From IMG/VR virus record IMGVR_UViG_3300029705_000029: DNA of 64,000 nucleotides; one strand, given 5' to 3'. Positions within the stretch are counted from its first letter, which is position 1, and the number at the start of each line of letters is the position of its first letter. Positions 18,877 to 27,796 of this stretch are shown here, one piece after another. Source of the stretch: a virus (lineage: Duplodnaviria > Heunggongvirae > Uroviricota > Caudoviricetes). The position numbers and the translations under genes are program-made. Under the pieces are notes generated by a model. It saw only the letters and a list, made by a program, of their open reading frames with translations. It ran no database searches and had not been told where the DNA came from.

Positions 18877-20097
18877 TTAATTCCCAATCTCAATCAAATA
18901 CTTAATAGTCATCTGATCATTTCTATAAAACACAATTTCGTCATTTATCAGCATCCCCTTGTCCGCTTTTGCATGCAGACAATTACATTTAGGATTCTTG
19001 TTCTGCAGTACATTGTAGTTCAAATGATAACAACTACTATCATGCTGGTATACAACATAAGGAGTTCCATAGGCCACTTCAAACAACGCCATGTAAGCGA
19101 CATTGTTTCCACCATGTGCCCAATAAGAACCAGACAGCGAGGTGTATCCAATGGACTTTTGACACTTAGGGGCAAAGTAGATTCCATCTGAAAACATGGA
19201 GCCTGTGTATACAGCATTACTAGGACGAATCATAAGGCCAGTTTTAATAATGGAAAACCAATTCTCACTGCGGCTACCATGAAACAGCAATCTGGTGTCC
19301 TGAATATCATTCTCAGCAATAAACTTATCAAAGCGTTCCTGAGTCTTAAGGTTCTTAACTCTCCAAGCCCTTCTAAACTTGCCAGCGGATTCATTCATAA
19401 GCTTCTTAATGAGCGCAATATCATCCGCAGTAGTTTCTTCCATTTCAAGTCCAAGTTCTTCAAGAATAGTTTGCTGTTTCTTTTCTACATGCTCAACAGG
19501 TTCATGCTCAGGTTTCACATAAATCTGACCGCGCATAACGTCAAGAAGATCCTGTTCTTTGGAAATAATCTGTGCAAAGTCTTCTACTTTATCAGCTAGA
19601 TAATCTCTGACATTGCCCATCTTTCTCGGAATTACCGTAAACAGTTTGAGCAGCTTGTCATTGAACGCTTCGATTGTAGCATCGCCATTTGCCAGCTCAT
19701 CAATGATCTTCTGAGCCGCATCAACCATATCCTGAGTAACAGCAGATGCTTGAACGGTATAGTTCTTCTGAATGGTTTCGCGAGCTAGACCCTGAAGCTT
19801 TTCTACGATAGCTTTGATTGCTGCGTTTTCAATGTCTCTGTAATGGCTTTCAGGATTGGCAGAAGAGATTTTCTCTACCAAATCCTGCTTTAGGTCTGTT
19901 ACATCTTGATATCCCTTATTAAGCTTACTGGAAATTTGCGTGTTCCATTTAGACATGGGATAATATCTTGTGGTTTTAGTTGCATCAACTCGTCCGTACT
20001 CGACTCTAAACTGGTCACCTTCTGGAAAAAGATTATAATACTTATTGTTATTCGCAGTTGTAACCATAATAAGATAAGTGGGTCTAATCTCTGCCAT
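18877..20097 (-). CDS. Poly/mono-ADP-ribose polymerase-like protein (WGR domain plus PARP catalytic domain)
   Basis: The N-terminus has a WGR-like FRVEYGRVDATKT segment. The C-terminus reads LLFHGSRSENWFSIIKTGL...YTGSMFSDGIYFA...YMALFEVAYG, matching the PARP H-G-S / Y / E catalytic signature. Confidence 0.7.
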   Translation of the reverse strand: MAEIRPTYLIMVTTANNNKYYNLFPEGDQFRVEYGRVDATKTTRYYPMSKWNTQISSKLNKGYQDVTDLKQDLVEKISSANPESHYRDIENAAIKAIVEKLQGLARETIQKNYTVQASAVTQDMVDAAQKIIDELANGDATIEAFNDKLLKLFTVIPRKMGNVRDYLADKVEDFAQIISKEQDLLDVMRGQIYVKPEHEPVEHVEKKQQTILEELGLEMEETTADDIALIKKLMNESAGKFRRAWRVKNLKTQERFDKFIAENDIQDTRLLFHGSRSENWFSIIKTGLMIRPSNAVYTGSMFSDGIYFAPKCQKSIGYTSLSGSYWAHGGNNVAYMALFEVAYGTPYVVYQHDSSCYHLNYNVLQNKNPKCNCLHAKADKGMLINDEIVFYRNDQMTIKYLIEIGN

Positions 20098-20112
20098 AAC
20101 TCAAACCTCCAA

Positions 20113-20538
20113 TTAGAGTTCGCAAATTACAATCTCAACGTCCATGTCTTCAAATACTTCGCAAATGATTTCATAAACCTTGCTCCAATCTAAACGATCC
20201 AAGCCAGAAGCAATGCGTGGCATGGCCAGCTTGGCTACATTCAGAAACTCCATAAATTCTTTCATCATTTCCAGTGCGGCTCTTACGGTTTCATAAGTAG
20301 GCTTGTGCCAATATTTCTGCTTAGTAACAAGATTAAAAACGTTGTCTACTGGTAGCGCATCGCCACCACAATACTCATAATCAGGATAATTTCTGAACAG
20401 CTTAAATCGCATATTATAAACACTATCAAAAGTCTTTGCGATACCAGCTCCGAGTGCAAAGTCGGCAGAGATACAATGTGCTAGATAATAACCCTGGGGC
20501 ATAGTAAATAGGTCACGCTTTTCAGTAGTAATAGTCAT
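20113..20538 (-). CDS. Macrodomain ADP-ribosyl hydrolase of the TARG1/OARD1/DarG-like clade
   Basis: YLAHCISADFALGAGIAKTF...HKPTYETV...AMPRIASGLDRLDWSKVYEIICEVF matches the TARG1 motifs (AHCISxD..MGAGIA; MPRIGCGLDRLxW). Confidence 0.75.
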   Translation of the reverse strand: MTITTEKRDLFTMPQGYYLAHCISADFALGAGIAKTFDSVYNMRFKLFRNYPDYEYCGGDALPVDNVFNLVTKQKYWHKPTYETVRAALEMMKEFMEFLNVAKLAMPRIASGLDRLDWSKVYEIICEVFEDMDVEIVICEL

Positions 20539-20560
20539 AAATCATTTCTCCTTTATAATT

Positions 20561-20580
20561 CATTAATTTTGTATTGTTAC
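20561..20580 (-). promoter_or_regulatory. Conserved motif copy, upstream of the DHH gene
   Basis: Motif followed by TATAAAGGAG. Confidence 0.5.
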
Positions 20581-22181
20581 CAAACGTCTTCAAATTTAAA
20601 ATCATTCAAGATTAACTGTCTGTAATAAGTTCTTCCAAAATATCCACTATCAAGCTGTCCCACTCCATAAAATTCTTTATCTTCTAGGTCCCACATATCA
20701 TCCCATCCATTAAAATTCCACTTAATAAATGTGACATTTGGGGTTGTAATTTTGAGGTGTTTGCCGCCCGACATATTGCCAACTTCGTAATCAGATACCT
20801 CTCCAATCATAACCGTAATTGGAGCAAATCCAGAGCCAGAAATTTTATTAATATCCTTAATCTGTTTAATTAGGATATCTGTAACTTGCTCTGCGTCAAG
20901 CTGAATATCAATATCACAAGACTGAACAAATTCGACGTCTCTCAGTACATCTTCTATTTTGTTTTTAAATTCTTCAAATCTATTAATTGGTATAAATGCG
21001 CCTGCGGCCAGCTCATGGCCCACACAAGATCCAATTCCAGTATCATTTACTATCTTGGTAAAATTATCTATACCAATTGCTCTCATAGACCCAGCGTAAC
21101 TATTGCCTACAGTTCTGAGCACAAACAATGGACGCTGATATTTTTCTAGCAATTTGTTACCCATCAAACCTGCGACTTCTGCATCAACATCGACAAAGAA
21201 GTACATACACTTTTGGTCTAGCTGTGCGTCTCCTTGTCTAATTAGCTCTTCCATCTGATCCGCCACAATATCGTTTTGCTTTTCTTTGCATTTCTTTAGA
21301 TCACGAATAAGAGCATTTACTTCTTTTGCATCGTCAGATAGAAACATCCTCATGGCCTTTTTGTTTTCACTCATTCTACAGGCAGCGTTCGCAAGAGGGG
21401 CCAGACCAAAACTGACAGCTTTGGAATCAAACCCATAAGAACCATTAATTTTTGAAATAGCAAGGTTTCTTTGGTGGTTGAAACCCTGATAACAAATATA
21501 TCTGTTTTCTGCCGACTGTTCGGAAACATCGCACATATCAGCAATAATACCTGCCGCTGCTAGATCCCAGAATTCTTCTGAATAGTCGTTCCAAGTTACT
21601 TCATCAATGTACTGACAAAACTTGAATACGACACCTGCACCACTTAGTGCTGGATTTGGGTAGTTGTTAGCAGAACTTATCAGACAAAATGGTAAATTTG
21701 CATCAATCAGTCGCTGCTCAATTAGGTGATGGTCACACACAATCAGCTTTGCACCTGTGTTTAGGATATTTTTATATACTTCTGGATCGTTGTTAAGAGA
21801 GTCAACAATAATTAGTGTGGTATTTTTGTCCAACATTTCAATCGGAAAATCTTCCGCACCATGCTTTTTACCTTCATTAATATATGTATCAATATTGTCA
21901 GTAAAATTTCGCAAGTATCTCGTCATAATTGTACCAGATGATAGACCATCCTGATCAACGTCGAAGAATACCACAAAACGATTGTTATCTTCGATTGTTT
22001 TTAATACAATATTACATCCCTCTTCAAGCCCTTGCATTTCTTCAAAAGGGACCATTGAATCTTCTGGTGGAGTCATAAAGGTTTTGTAATTTTTAATACC
22101 TCTGCTTTCCATAAGAGCTTCAATGATTTCAAGATGATCCATGTCTCTGCCATCTATTTTAATGTTCCAATTTTTCTTCAA
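20577..22181 (-). CDS. DHH/DHHA1 phosphoesterase (RecJ-like exonuclease or nano-RNase family)
   Basis: DHH motifs FFDVDQDG, IVCDHH and DHHA1 GHELAAGA. Confidence 0.7.
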   Translation of the reverse strand: MKKNWNIKIDGRDMDHLEIIEALMESRGIKNYKTFMTPPEDSMVPFEEMQGLEEGCNIVLKTIEDNNRFVVFFDVDQDGLSSGTIMTRYLRNFTDNIDTYINEGKKHGAEDFPIEMLDKNTTLIIVDSLNNDPEVYKNILNTGAKLIVCDHHLIEQRLIDANLPFCLISSANNYPNPALSGAGVVFKFCQYIDEVTWNDYSEEFWDLAAAGIIADMCDVSEQSAENRYICYQGFNHQRNLAISKINGSYGFDSKAVSFGLAPLANAACRMSENKKAMRMFLSDDAKEVNALIRDLKKCKEKQNDIVADQMEELIRQGDAQLDQKCMYFFVDVDAEVAGLMGNKLLEKYQRPLFVLRTVGNSYAGSMRAIGIDNFTKIVNDTGIGSCVGHELAAGAFIPINRFEEFKNKIEDVLRDVEFVQSCDIDIQLDAEQVTDILIKQIKDINKISGSGFAPITVMIGEVSDYEVGNMSGGKHLKITTPNVTFIKWNFNGWDDMWDLEDKEFYGVGQLDSGYFGRTYYRQLILNDFKFEDVW

Positions 22182-22927
22182 ATCATGTCATCCTCCAGTA
22201 CTACACAATTAATTTTTCCACTATGAGCGCAACAAGCATCAAGCGCAATAAAACCATCACCATAAAATGGGTCAAACTTTGCATCTGCTCCGAACTCACT
22301 GCGGCCTTCAAGTTTTGCCCAGCCAGTGCTGCAATGCCAATGGCCAAAAACAAGTGTTTTATTAGGAAGCAAACCGCATTCTGCAAGCTCAAACGGATCA
22401 CCCCATCTTGCATCATCCCACTGTGTTGCATGAGCTTCACGCCAATTTTCCATCTTTGTGTAGTTTTTGCCCCGAAGATAATACGGAGGTAGAATACTAT
22501 CACATTCAAGCGGGACAAAGCTGTGAACGAAGATGTAATTCTTAGTTTCTAAATAATTTACCATGCCGTCAACAAACTTTAAAACCTTTGGATAGATTGC
22601 TATACAAGCTTCTTCAAATGTATTGGCGCTTGGGGCAAGATCAATAATTGTTTGGGCGGTACCATTGCTCCAATCGTGCCCCTGTGGATATTCGCGTGCA
22701 AGACAATCCATTATGAGATCTTCGTGATTTCCGCGTATTAGAATTTTGCGCTCCAGAGACGCAAGATAGTCTATAACTTTATGTGGCTGTCTGCCCCTAT
22801 CGGTATAATCTCCAAGCCCTACCAGAAAATGATTTTTATTATTTTGATCAAATCCCGCTTCATCAAGCGCTTTGCACATTTCATCATAGAACCCATGCAC
22901 GTCACTGATGCAAAACAACTTTGCCAT
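22178..22927 (-). CDS. Calcineurin-like metallophosphoesterase (lambda-PPase/ApaH-like)
   Basis: Motifs DVHG, GDYTDRG and GNHE. Confidence 0.75.
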   Translation of the reverse strand: MAKLFCISDVHGFYDEMCKALDEAGFDQNNKNHFLVGLGDYTDRGRQPHKVIDYLASLERKILIRGNHEDLIMDCLAREYPQGHDWSNGTAQTIIDLAPSANTFEEACIAIYPKVLKFVDGMVNYLETKNYIFVHSFVPLECDSILPPYYLRGKNYTKMENWREAHATQWDDARWGDPFELAECGLLPNKTLVFGHWHCSTGWAKLEGRSEFGADAKFDPFYGDGFIALDACCAHSGKINCVVLEDDMI

Positions 22928-22960
22928 CTATATCTCCTCCCATCTATAGCTATTATACAC

Positions 22961-22980
22961 CATTAATTTTGTATTGTCTA
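22961..22980 (-). promoter_or_regulatory. Conserved motif copy, class 1 (TAGACA-N17-TATAAT)
   Basis: Upstream of the metallophosphatase gene. Confidence 0.55.
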
Positions 22981-23034
22981 TTGACGCATTAAACAAATAT
23001 GGGCCGCAGTTTTACTACGACCCATACAATGTTA

Positions 23035-23232
23035 TCACTCCTGTCTAATGTGATAATAAAATTCTCCAGAGTTAGGATTCTCAACAGTCACAACACTACC
23101 GCCAAGCAGCATCATGTCTAGAGCGGCCAAAACGCGAACAGTGGGAAGATCAAGATCATACGAGATTTCTCTGGGCGTCTTATCTGCGTTGCCCTTAAGA
23201 TAGCTATAAATTTTATTAATAATATTTTCCAT
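23035..23232 (-). CDS. Small putative winged-helix DNA-binding protein
   Basis: 65 aa; pattern PREISYDLDLPTVRVLAALDMM. Confidence 0.4.
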   Translation of the reverse strand: MENIINKIYSYLKGNADKTPREISYDLDLPTVRVLAALDMMLLGGSVVTVENPNSGEFYYHIRQE

Positions 23233-23242
23233 TTTTCATTCT

Positions 23243-23260
23243 CCTTAATTTTGTATTGTT
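23243..23260 (-). promoter_or_regulatory. Conserved motif copy
   Basis: Upstream of 23035..23232. Confidence 0.45.
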
Positions 23261-23312
23261 GTTTGCAAACGTATTCATTATACTGTATTGCGGCGTGTAT
23301 GTCAAGTTAAGT

Positions 23313-24194
23313 TTAGTGTGCGGCTTTATCTGCTTCGTGGAGCAAATCAATGTACTGCTTAAGATATGTAGGTAGATTGTTGTAATACTTACTATTAAAG
23401 AATGGTTCCATATGGTTACAAATTAACCAAGCTACAAACGGAGTAACATTTCTAATTCCATAAGACATCCATGCTCCATAGTTGTTATGAAAGTAAAAAT
23501 GCGCTATATCACAAGGATTACCCTTCGCATCCACAAACGCTTTCACTGCAGGCTTGCCAATGTCATGTAGCCATGCGGCCCATTGTAGTTCAAAATCATT
23601 GGTGGTCTTTAGCATATATTGGTAAGCTGCTTGGCAATGATCATAAATGTTCAGAGTATGATGAGGATTGTCATGTGGAATCTTCATTTCATCTACCAAT
23701 ATCATTTCATAAATACCATCATCATATTTAACAGATTTTACAACTTCAATGTGGTCAATACCTTCGTCGTACCATGGAGCCTGAAAACGCTTGAGCATCC
23801 TGCCAATTACTTCTGGACCAACAGTACGCTCTCTTTCGGCATCTCTTCTAATACAATCTTCAACAGGTGCCCAGATAATATGTGCCTCAATTTTTACAAA
23901 CTTTGGACATGCTGAAATGATATAAGCGCGATCTTTGCGAGTGATGTTCGTTGCGTCATACAGCACATTCTGACCATTGTTTAGTGCTTCGATTGCTCTG
24001 GACTGCATTAGAGAGAACACTTCATGGTTATCACCCTGAATCGCTTCATTCCCCCACAGTTCTTTTCTGATAGAATCAGAAGAAAGATGAATTACATTGT
24101 CGTGAAACTTTGCGTATTCTTTGGCATAGTAGGTTTTACCTGAACCAGGGATTCCTACGAGTAGAATTAGGGTTGGTCTGTTCATTTTAATCAC
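23313..24194 (-). CDS. Polynucleotide kinase (P-loop) fused to an HD-domain phosphohydrolase
   Basis: N-terminal GIPGSGKTYYA, as in the T4 Pnk kinase domain. C-terminal HD motifs (HLNIY..H...WLHDIGK). Confidence 0.6.
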   Translation of the reverse strand: MIKMNRPTLILLVGIPGSGKTYYAKEYAKFHDNVIHLSSDSIRKELWGNEAIQGDNHEVFSLMQSRAIEALNNGQNVLYDATNITRKDRAYIISACPKFVKIEAHIIWAPVEDCIRRDAERERTVGPEVIGRMLKRFQAPWYDEGIDHIEVVKSVKYDDGIYEMILVDEMKIPHDNPHHTLNIYDHCQAAYQYMLKTTNDFELQWAAWLHDIGKPAVKAFVDAKGNPCDIAHFYFHNNYGAWMSYGIRNVTPFVAWLICNHMEPFFNSKYYNNLPTYLKQYIDLLHEADKAAH

Positions 24195-24206
24195 CTACTT
24201 GTTCTA

Positions 24207-24228
24207 TTAAAAATTGTGTTGTTTCTAA
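24207..24228 (-). promoter_or_regulatory. Degenerate motif copy (ATTAAAAATTGTGTTGTT)
   Basis: Upstream of the Pnk gene. Confidence 0.3.
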
Positions 24229-24326
24229 TTGTAAGTCATCAATACATATTTTAGAAAAATATGTATACGGGATTCGTATTAATGGAACATTAGCATATTT
24301 TATTCCTCATTAAAACATTTTGTTAT

Positions 24327-25772
24327 TTATTCTTCCTGTGCTTCTTCTAGGTCTGGTTCAAGTGCTTCGTCCTTGATAATGCCCTCAAGAACCTTGAAAG
24401 AGAAGTTCTTATGCTTGTAGACCGCAATATTGGGACGATTTACGATACGAGCCACTACACCTTCGCGAATATGAGTCTTACCAATTGGGTCGGGGCCATC
24501 AAAGTATTCTTCAACCTTACGCAGGACATATTCGCCAGGGTTAACATGGATGCGCCTAGTTGCAACCCAGTTTTCAGCGAAATCAACAGCAGAATATTCT
24601 TTAATATATTCAGGAATAATGAATCGTTCAAATACGGGCACAGCATTTACGCCCATCTGTTCACAACGCATGCGCATCTGATCAGGAGACATCTCTACGA
24701 CATCACCGTCTTCGTTAGTCATAGTCATGCGGTAAACATAAACTTCGCACTTAGGAGGAAATACCTCAGTTGGAGATCCATTAGCAACATAAAAGCCATC
24801 TGGCTCAACAGAGTGAGGTTCCCAGCCACCAAGAGGTTCGCAACCATAAGAGAATACTGTTTCTTCACCGTACTGCTTAGAGAATTCTTTGTCCTTAATC
24901 TTGGAATTCTTTACAGATGCCATGATAGGGGTATCCTCGTTTACGAAGCCTACGATTTCGTAGTAGACCGTTTCGTTTTTACGTAGCTTACCTTCAAACT
25001 TCTTTGCCATCTCTAGTCTGAAATTGTTATCATCATAATATCCACCATCATGCTTGTCATCAAGAACAACACGACGAGTACCAGTTACATAACCATATTC
25101 CACATATTCCTTGCCAGGGCGACGACGAATCTTATCCCATAGAGTCTGCGGCTTACGATGATGCAGCGGCAGATAACCAGTACGACCGCTAGTTCCATGC
25201 ATCTTGAGCGTTAGCTCTACAATGTCTCCAGCCTTAAACTCACCCAGATTGTATGCCAGCTGTGCAGTATCAACATGCTCATAGAAAGTAGGTGCAAAAT
25301 TAGCCTTTGCTCTCTTGCCGCCACCACCATGATAAGTATGAGATGCATGATTGCGCCTTGGAATATACTTCTTGCAGATCTCCTTACCATTTAGCATAGA
25401 AATTGTATCGCCTTCCTTGAGATCAGAAATCTTACAGAAGTCAGCTAGGCAAGTTAGCGGAAGGAATAGTCCATCAGACTTTTCACCGCGAAGCTTTAGT
25501 GCCTTAATGTTGCGCTTTTCAGGGTCTAGATAACCACCACATAGATTGCCATTTTCATCCTTGCGACGCACAAGATCATTCGCCTTGCAAAATTCCTCAG
25601 ATAGCTGACCATCTACAGGGAAGTAAACGCCAAGCTGTCCTTCCATATAATCCATGGATACGATTACAGAGTTTCCAAAACATTCGCCAATCTGTAGGCG
25701 ATCTGCGTTAGAATGCTTGCGCACATTCTTTAGAATAGTAACAAAACCAGTGTATGCCATAATTCTTGCCAC
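24327..25772 (-). CDS. RNA ligase (Rnl2-like KxHGT nucleotidyltransferase) with an N-terminal tRNA-binding OB domain
   Basis: The N-terminus (KNVRKHSNADRLQIGECFG) resembles the Myf/CsaA tRNA-binding domain. Motif I is TLKMHGTSGR (KxHGT). Confidence 0.6.
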   Translation of the reverse strand: MARIMAYTGFVTILKNVRKHSNADRLQIGECFGNSVIVSMDYMEGQLGVYFPVDGQLSEEFCKANDLVRRKDENGNLCGGYLDPEKRNIKALKLRGEKSDGLFLPLTCLADFCKISDLKEGDTISMLNGKEICKKYIPRRNHASHTYHGGGGKRAKANFAPTFYEHVDTAQLAYNLGEFKAGDIVELTLKMHGTSGRTGYLPLHHRKPQTLWDKIRRRPGKEYVEYGYVTGTRRVVLDDKHDGGYYDDNNFRLEMAKKFEGKLRKNETVYYEIVGFVNEDTPIMASVKNSKIKDKEFSKQYGEETVFSYGCEPLGGWEPHSVEPDGFYVANGSPTEVFPPKCEVYVYRMTMTNEDGDVVEMSPDQMRMRCEQMGVNAVPVFERFIIPEYIKEYSAVDFAENWVATRRIHVNPGEYVLRKVEEYFDGPDPIGKTHIREGVVARIVNRPNIAVYKHKNFSFKVLEGIIKDEALEPDLEEAQEE

Positions 25773-25786
25773 CTTTTATATTTTGT

Positions 25787-26293
25787 TCAATTAAACGTCC
25801 AATAAAATTTTCCCTGTCCAACAAGATCCCAGCTGTCTGAGTGCACATAAGAGAAAACGCCCTCAATTGTTTCAATTTCTTCTGCAGAACTCAGGTCTGT
25901 GTCTGCGATATAATCAATACTAATTGACCCTTTAACCTTCTTATTTGCCATTACTTCTTCTGCGTATCCGTTTAGCGTCCAACCATTGACTGCAATTTCT
26001 GCAAACATGCACTGGATATTGCTATTTGTGTAGTTTTCAATAATTACGTCAATGTACATTGTTCCATAATCATCGTCAACACCCCAATATTCATCAAAAT
26101 AAGGAGCTCCAATCGCAGTCATTTTGACATTCTCGTCTTCGTACAGCACAGTTCCATCTACAACAGGGGGATAGAACTGCATAAGTTCTAGTCTAGCCTG
26201 GTCAATAATACTAATAAGTTCTTCTGGTGTGGCCGCAAAGGCGTAACTAGAAAGGCACATGATAAGAACAACACAAACAACAAGCTTCTTCAT
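25787..26293 (-). CDS. Secreted protein with signal peptide
   Basis: N-terminal MKKLVVCVVLIMCLSSYAFA. Confidence 0.5.
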   Translation of the reverse strand: MKKLVVCVVLIMCLSSYAFAATPEELISIIDQARLELMQFYPPVVDGTVLYEDENVKMTAIGAPYFDEYWGVDDDYGTMYIDVIIENYTNSNIQCMFAEIAVNGWTLNGYAEEVMANKKVKGSISIDYIADTDLSSAEEIETIEGVFSYVHSDSWDLVGQGKFYWTFN

Positions 26294-26310
26294 TTTGAAT
26301 TTCCTTCTTT

Positions 26311-26330
26311 CATTAATTTTGTACTGTTAG
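26311..26330 (-). promoter_or_regulatory. Conserved motif copy (class 2)
   Basis: Upstream TTGTTT-N17-TATATT; motif directly before the AAGAAGGAAA ribosome-binding site. Confidence 0.5.
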
Positions 26331-26346
26331 TACCTGGTAATAATAT

Positions 26347-26404
26347 ACCATAGAGCCATATAAAAAACAATTGACAGAATGGCCAAGAATTTCCTGATCA
26401 TTCT
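26347..26404 (-). terminator. Rho-independent terminator (11-bp stem TTGACAGAATG/CATTCTGTCAA followed by TTGTTTTTTAT on the minus strand)
   Basis: A perfect inverted repeat at 26365-26404 followed by a minus-strand T-run (plus aaaaaacaa, 26350-26358), directly downstream of 26421..26831. Confidence 0.5.
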
Positions 26405-26420
26405 GTCAACTTTTCACATA

Positions 26421-26831
26421 TTACCCCTCGTAAATTTCAAATAGCCGTCCCATTGACATACCATTTGCTCTTCCAAGATCTACAGCCAAAGCACACATAT
26501 TGGACTCCATACCAACACCAAGACCTTTGTTAAAATAATCAATCAAAGAATCATATGTGTCGTTGCCGTCCCGCGTCTCCCACCCAATCATAAACTGTCC
26601 GTTCACTGTAAAGAAATCTGCAGGAGTTCCCATATTGCTGCCCTTGGAACTGCGCCACCAACCGAACTCTTCTGGCCACTCAATAACATCTTCAAGAGTC
26701 TTAAGATCCTTCTTGTTGATCTCCCAAACCTCATAATAGGGCTTATGTGAACTCTTATAAGTTCTTTTTGCGTCAATCTTTAGCACTTTAAATGCTCTAT
26801 GTAGTCCATCTCCACCAAAAAGTTCTGCCAT
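26421..26831 (-). CDS. Hypothetical protein
   Basis: ORF track; TAATG overlap with the upstream gene. Confidence 0.45.
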   Translation of the reverse strand: MAELFGGDGLHRAFKVLKIDAKRTYKSSHKPYYEVWEINKKDLKTLEDVIEWPEEFGWWRSSKGSNMGTPADFFTVNGQFMIGWETRDGNDTYDSLIDYFNKGLGVGMESNMCALAVDLGRANGMSMGRLFEIYEG

Positions 26832-27610
26832 TACTTATTCTCCTTTACCTTTAGATATTCTCTCATTGCCTTAATCATGTTGAGAATTTCTTTTTTATGT
26901 ACATTATTTTCCACCCAGTCAAAATAATCTGGCTCACTATTATAAACATCAAGATAGCGCTTGCCCTTATGCTTGCCAAAATCGATCACGGTGTCCTCAC
27001 TAAAAGTAATCGCCGCAGGCTGTTCTACAACAATATTGTCAAAGTCCAAGCTAATACTCTTTCTAGAAGCAAGATAGTCTGCCACATGAACCATTCTTGC
27101 ATACTTGTTGTTGGGCTTCGGAAGCTCAACATTACTCTTCTTATCCGTGTTCCACTGACCCATATGCTTTGAGATTGTATCTGCTACTAGTTCAAGTTCA
27201 TCATGATTTAGATACTTGCCATCAAAACTTCTAATAACATCTGCCATTAGCACTGGATGATCGAACTTAGTGTACTTAGACTTTTCATAGTCTTCCTGAG
27301 ATCCACTCTTGCGTCCGTCATGAATTAGTCCCGAAAGTCTAATAAGATCTCGTTCTCTACTTGTGAGCTTGCTGTTATACTGCTCTAGTTCCAAAAAGAA
27401 ATTCAAGAATCTTACTACTGCAACCTGATGTCTCATAAGCCCCATTTCACCAAGTGAGTACGCTGGATGATACTTGCCTGTACTAGACGCTCCTACGCGC
27501 CAAATATAATCAGGGAGATCTTCAAGTAACACCATGGCAAATTCCTTGATGTCTTCGTTTTCAAACGTGTTTAAAATCGGTTGCACAAAATCGAGTCTTT
27601 CTTGCGTCAT
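26831..27610 (-). CDS. HD-domain phosphohydrolase
   Basis: H...LSGLIHDGRKSG...D pattern; C-terminal FGKHKGKRYLDV motif. Confidence 0.55.
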   Translation of the reverse strand: MTQERLDFVQPILNTFENEDIKEFAMVLLEDLPDYIWRVGASSTGKYHPAYSLGEMGLMRHQVAVVRFLNFFLELEQYNSKLTSRERDLIRLSGLIHDGRKSGSQEDYEKSKYTKFDHPVLMADVIRSFDGKYLNHDELELVADTISKHMGQWNTDKKSNVELPKPNNKYARMVHVADYLASRKSISLDFDNIVVEQPAAITFSEDTVIDFGKHKGKRYLDVYNSEPDYFDWVENNVHKKEILNMIKAMREYLKVKENK

Positions 27611-27783
27611 TATTCTTTCTCCTTAATGTCAATGTCGATTACTAGTCGGTCCATTTTGCCGCAACATGCACAAGGCTCCTTGCCATATGACAGAACTATG
27701 TGTTTAACTAACTTCTTGGGTGGCTTACATTCTTTGATGTAGCATTGCTTACAGTACTCGTATAGGTGTTCTACGTTCTCCAT
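27610..27783 (-). CDS. Small Cys-rich protein (57 aa, hand-called)
   Basis: ATG at 27783; CKQC...C...CACCGK; its stop overlaps the next start (TAATG). Confidence 0.3.
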   Translation of the reverse strand: MENVEHLYEYCKQCYIKECKPPKKLVKHIVLSYGKEPCACCGKMDRLVIDIDIKEKE

Positions 27784-27796
27784 AAATGTTCCTTCC

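Noticed and set aside
24411-24986. 191-aa plus-strand ORF (and similar plus-strand ORFs elsewhere, such as 31482..31997, 346..702 and 5345..5752)
   Set aside because: All are antisense shadow ORFs inside well-supported minus-strand genes (RNA ligase, SPFH, GIY-YIG HEG, dnaE). None has a ribosome-binding site or domain signature.
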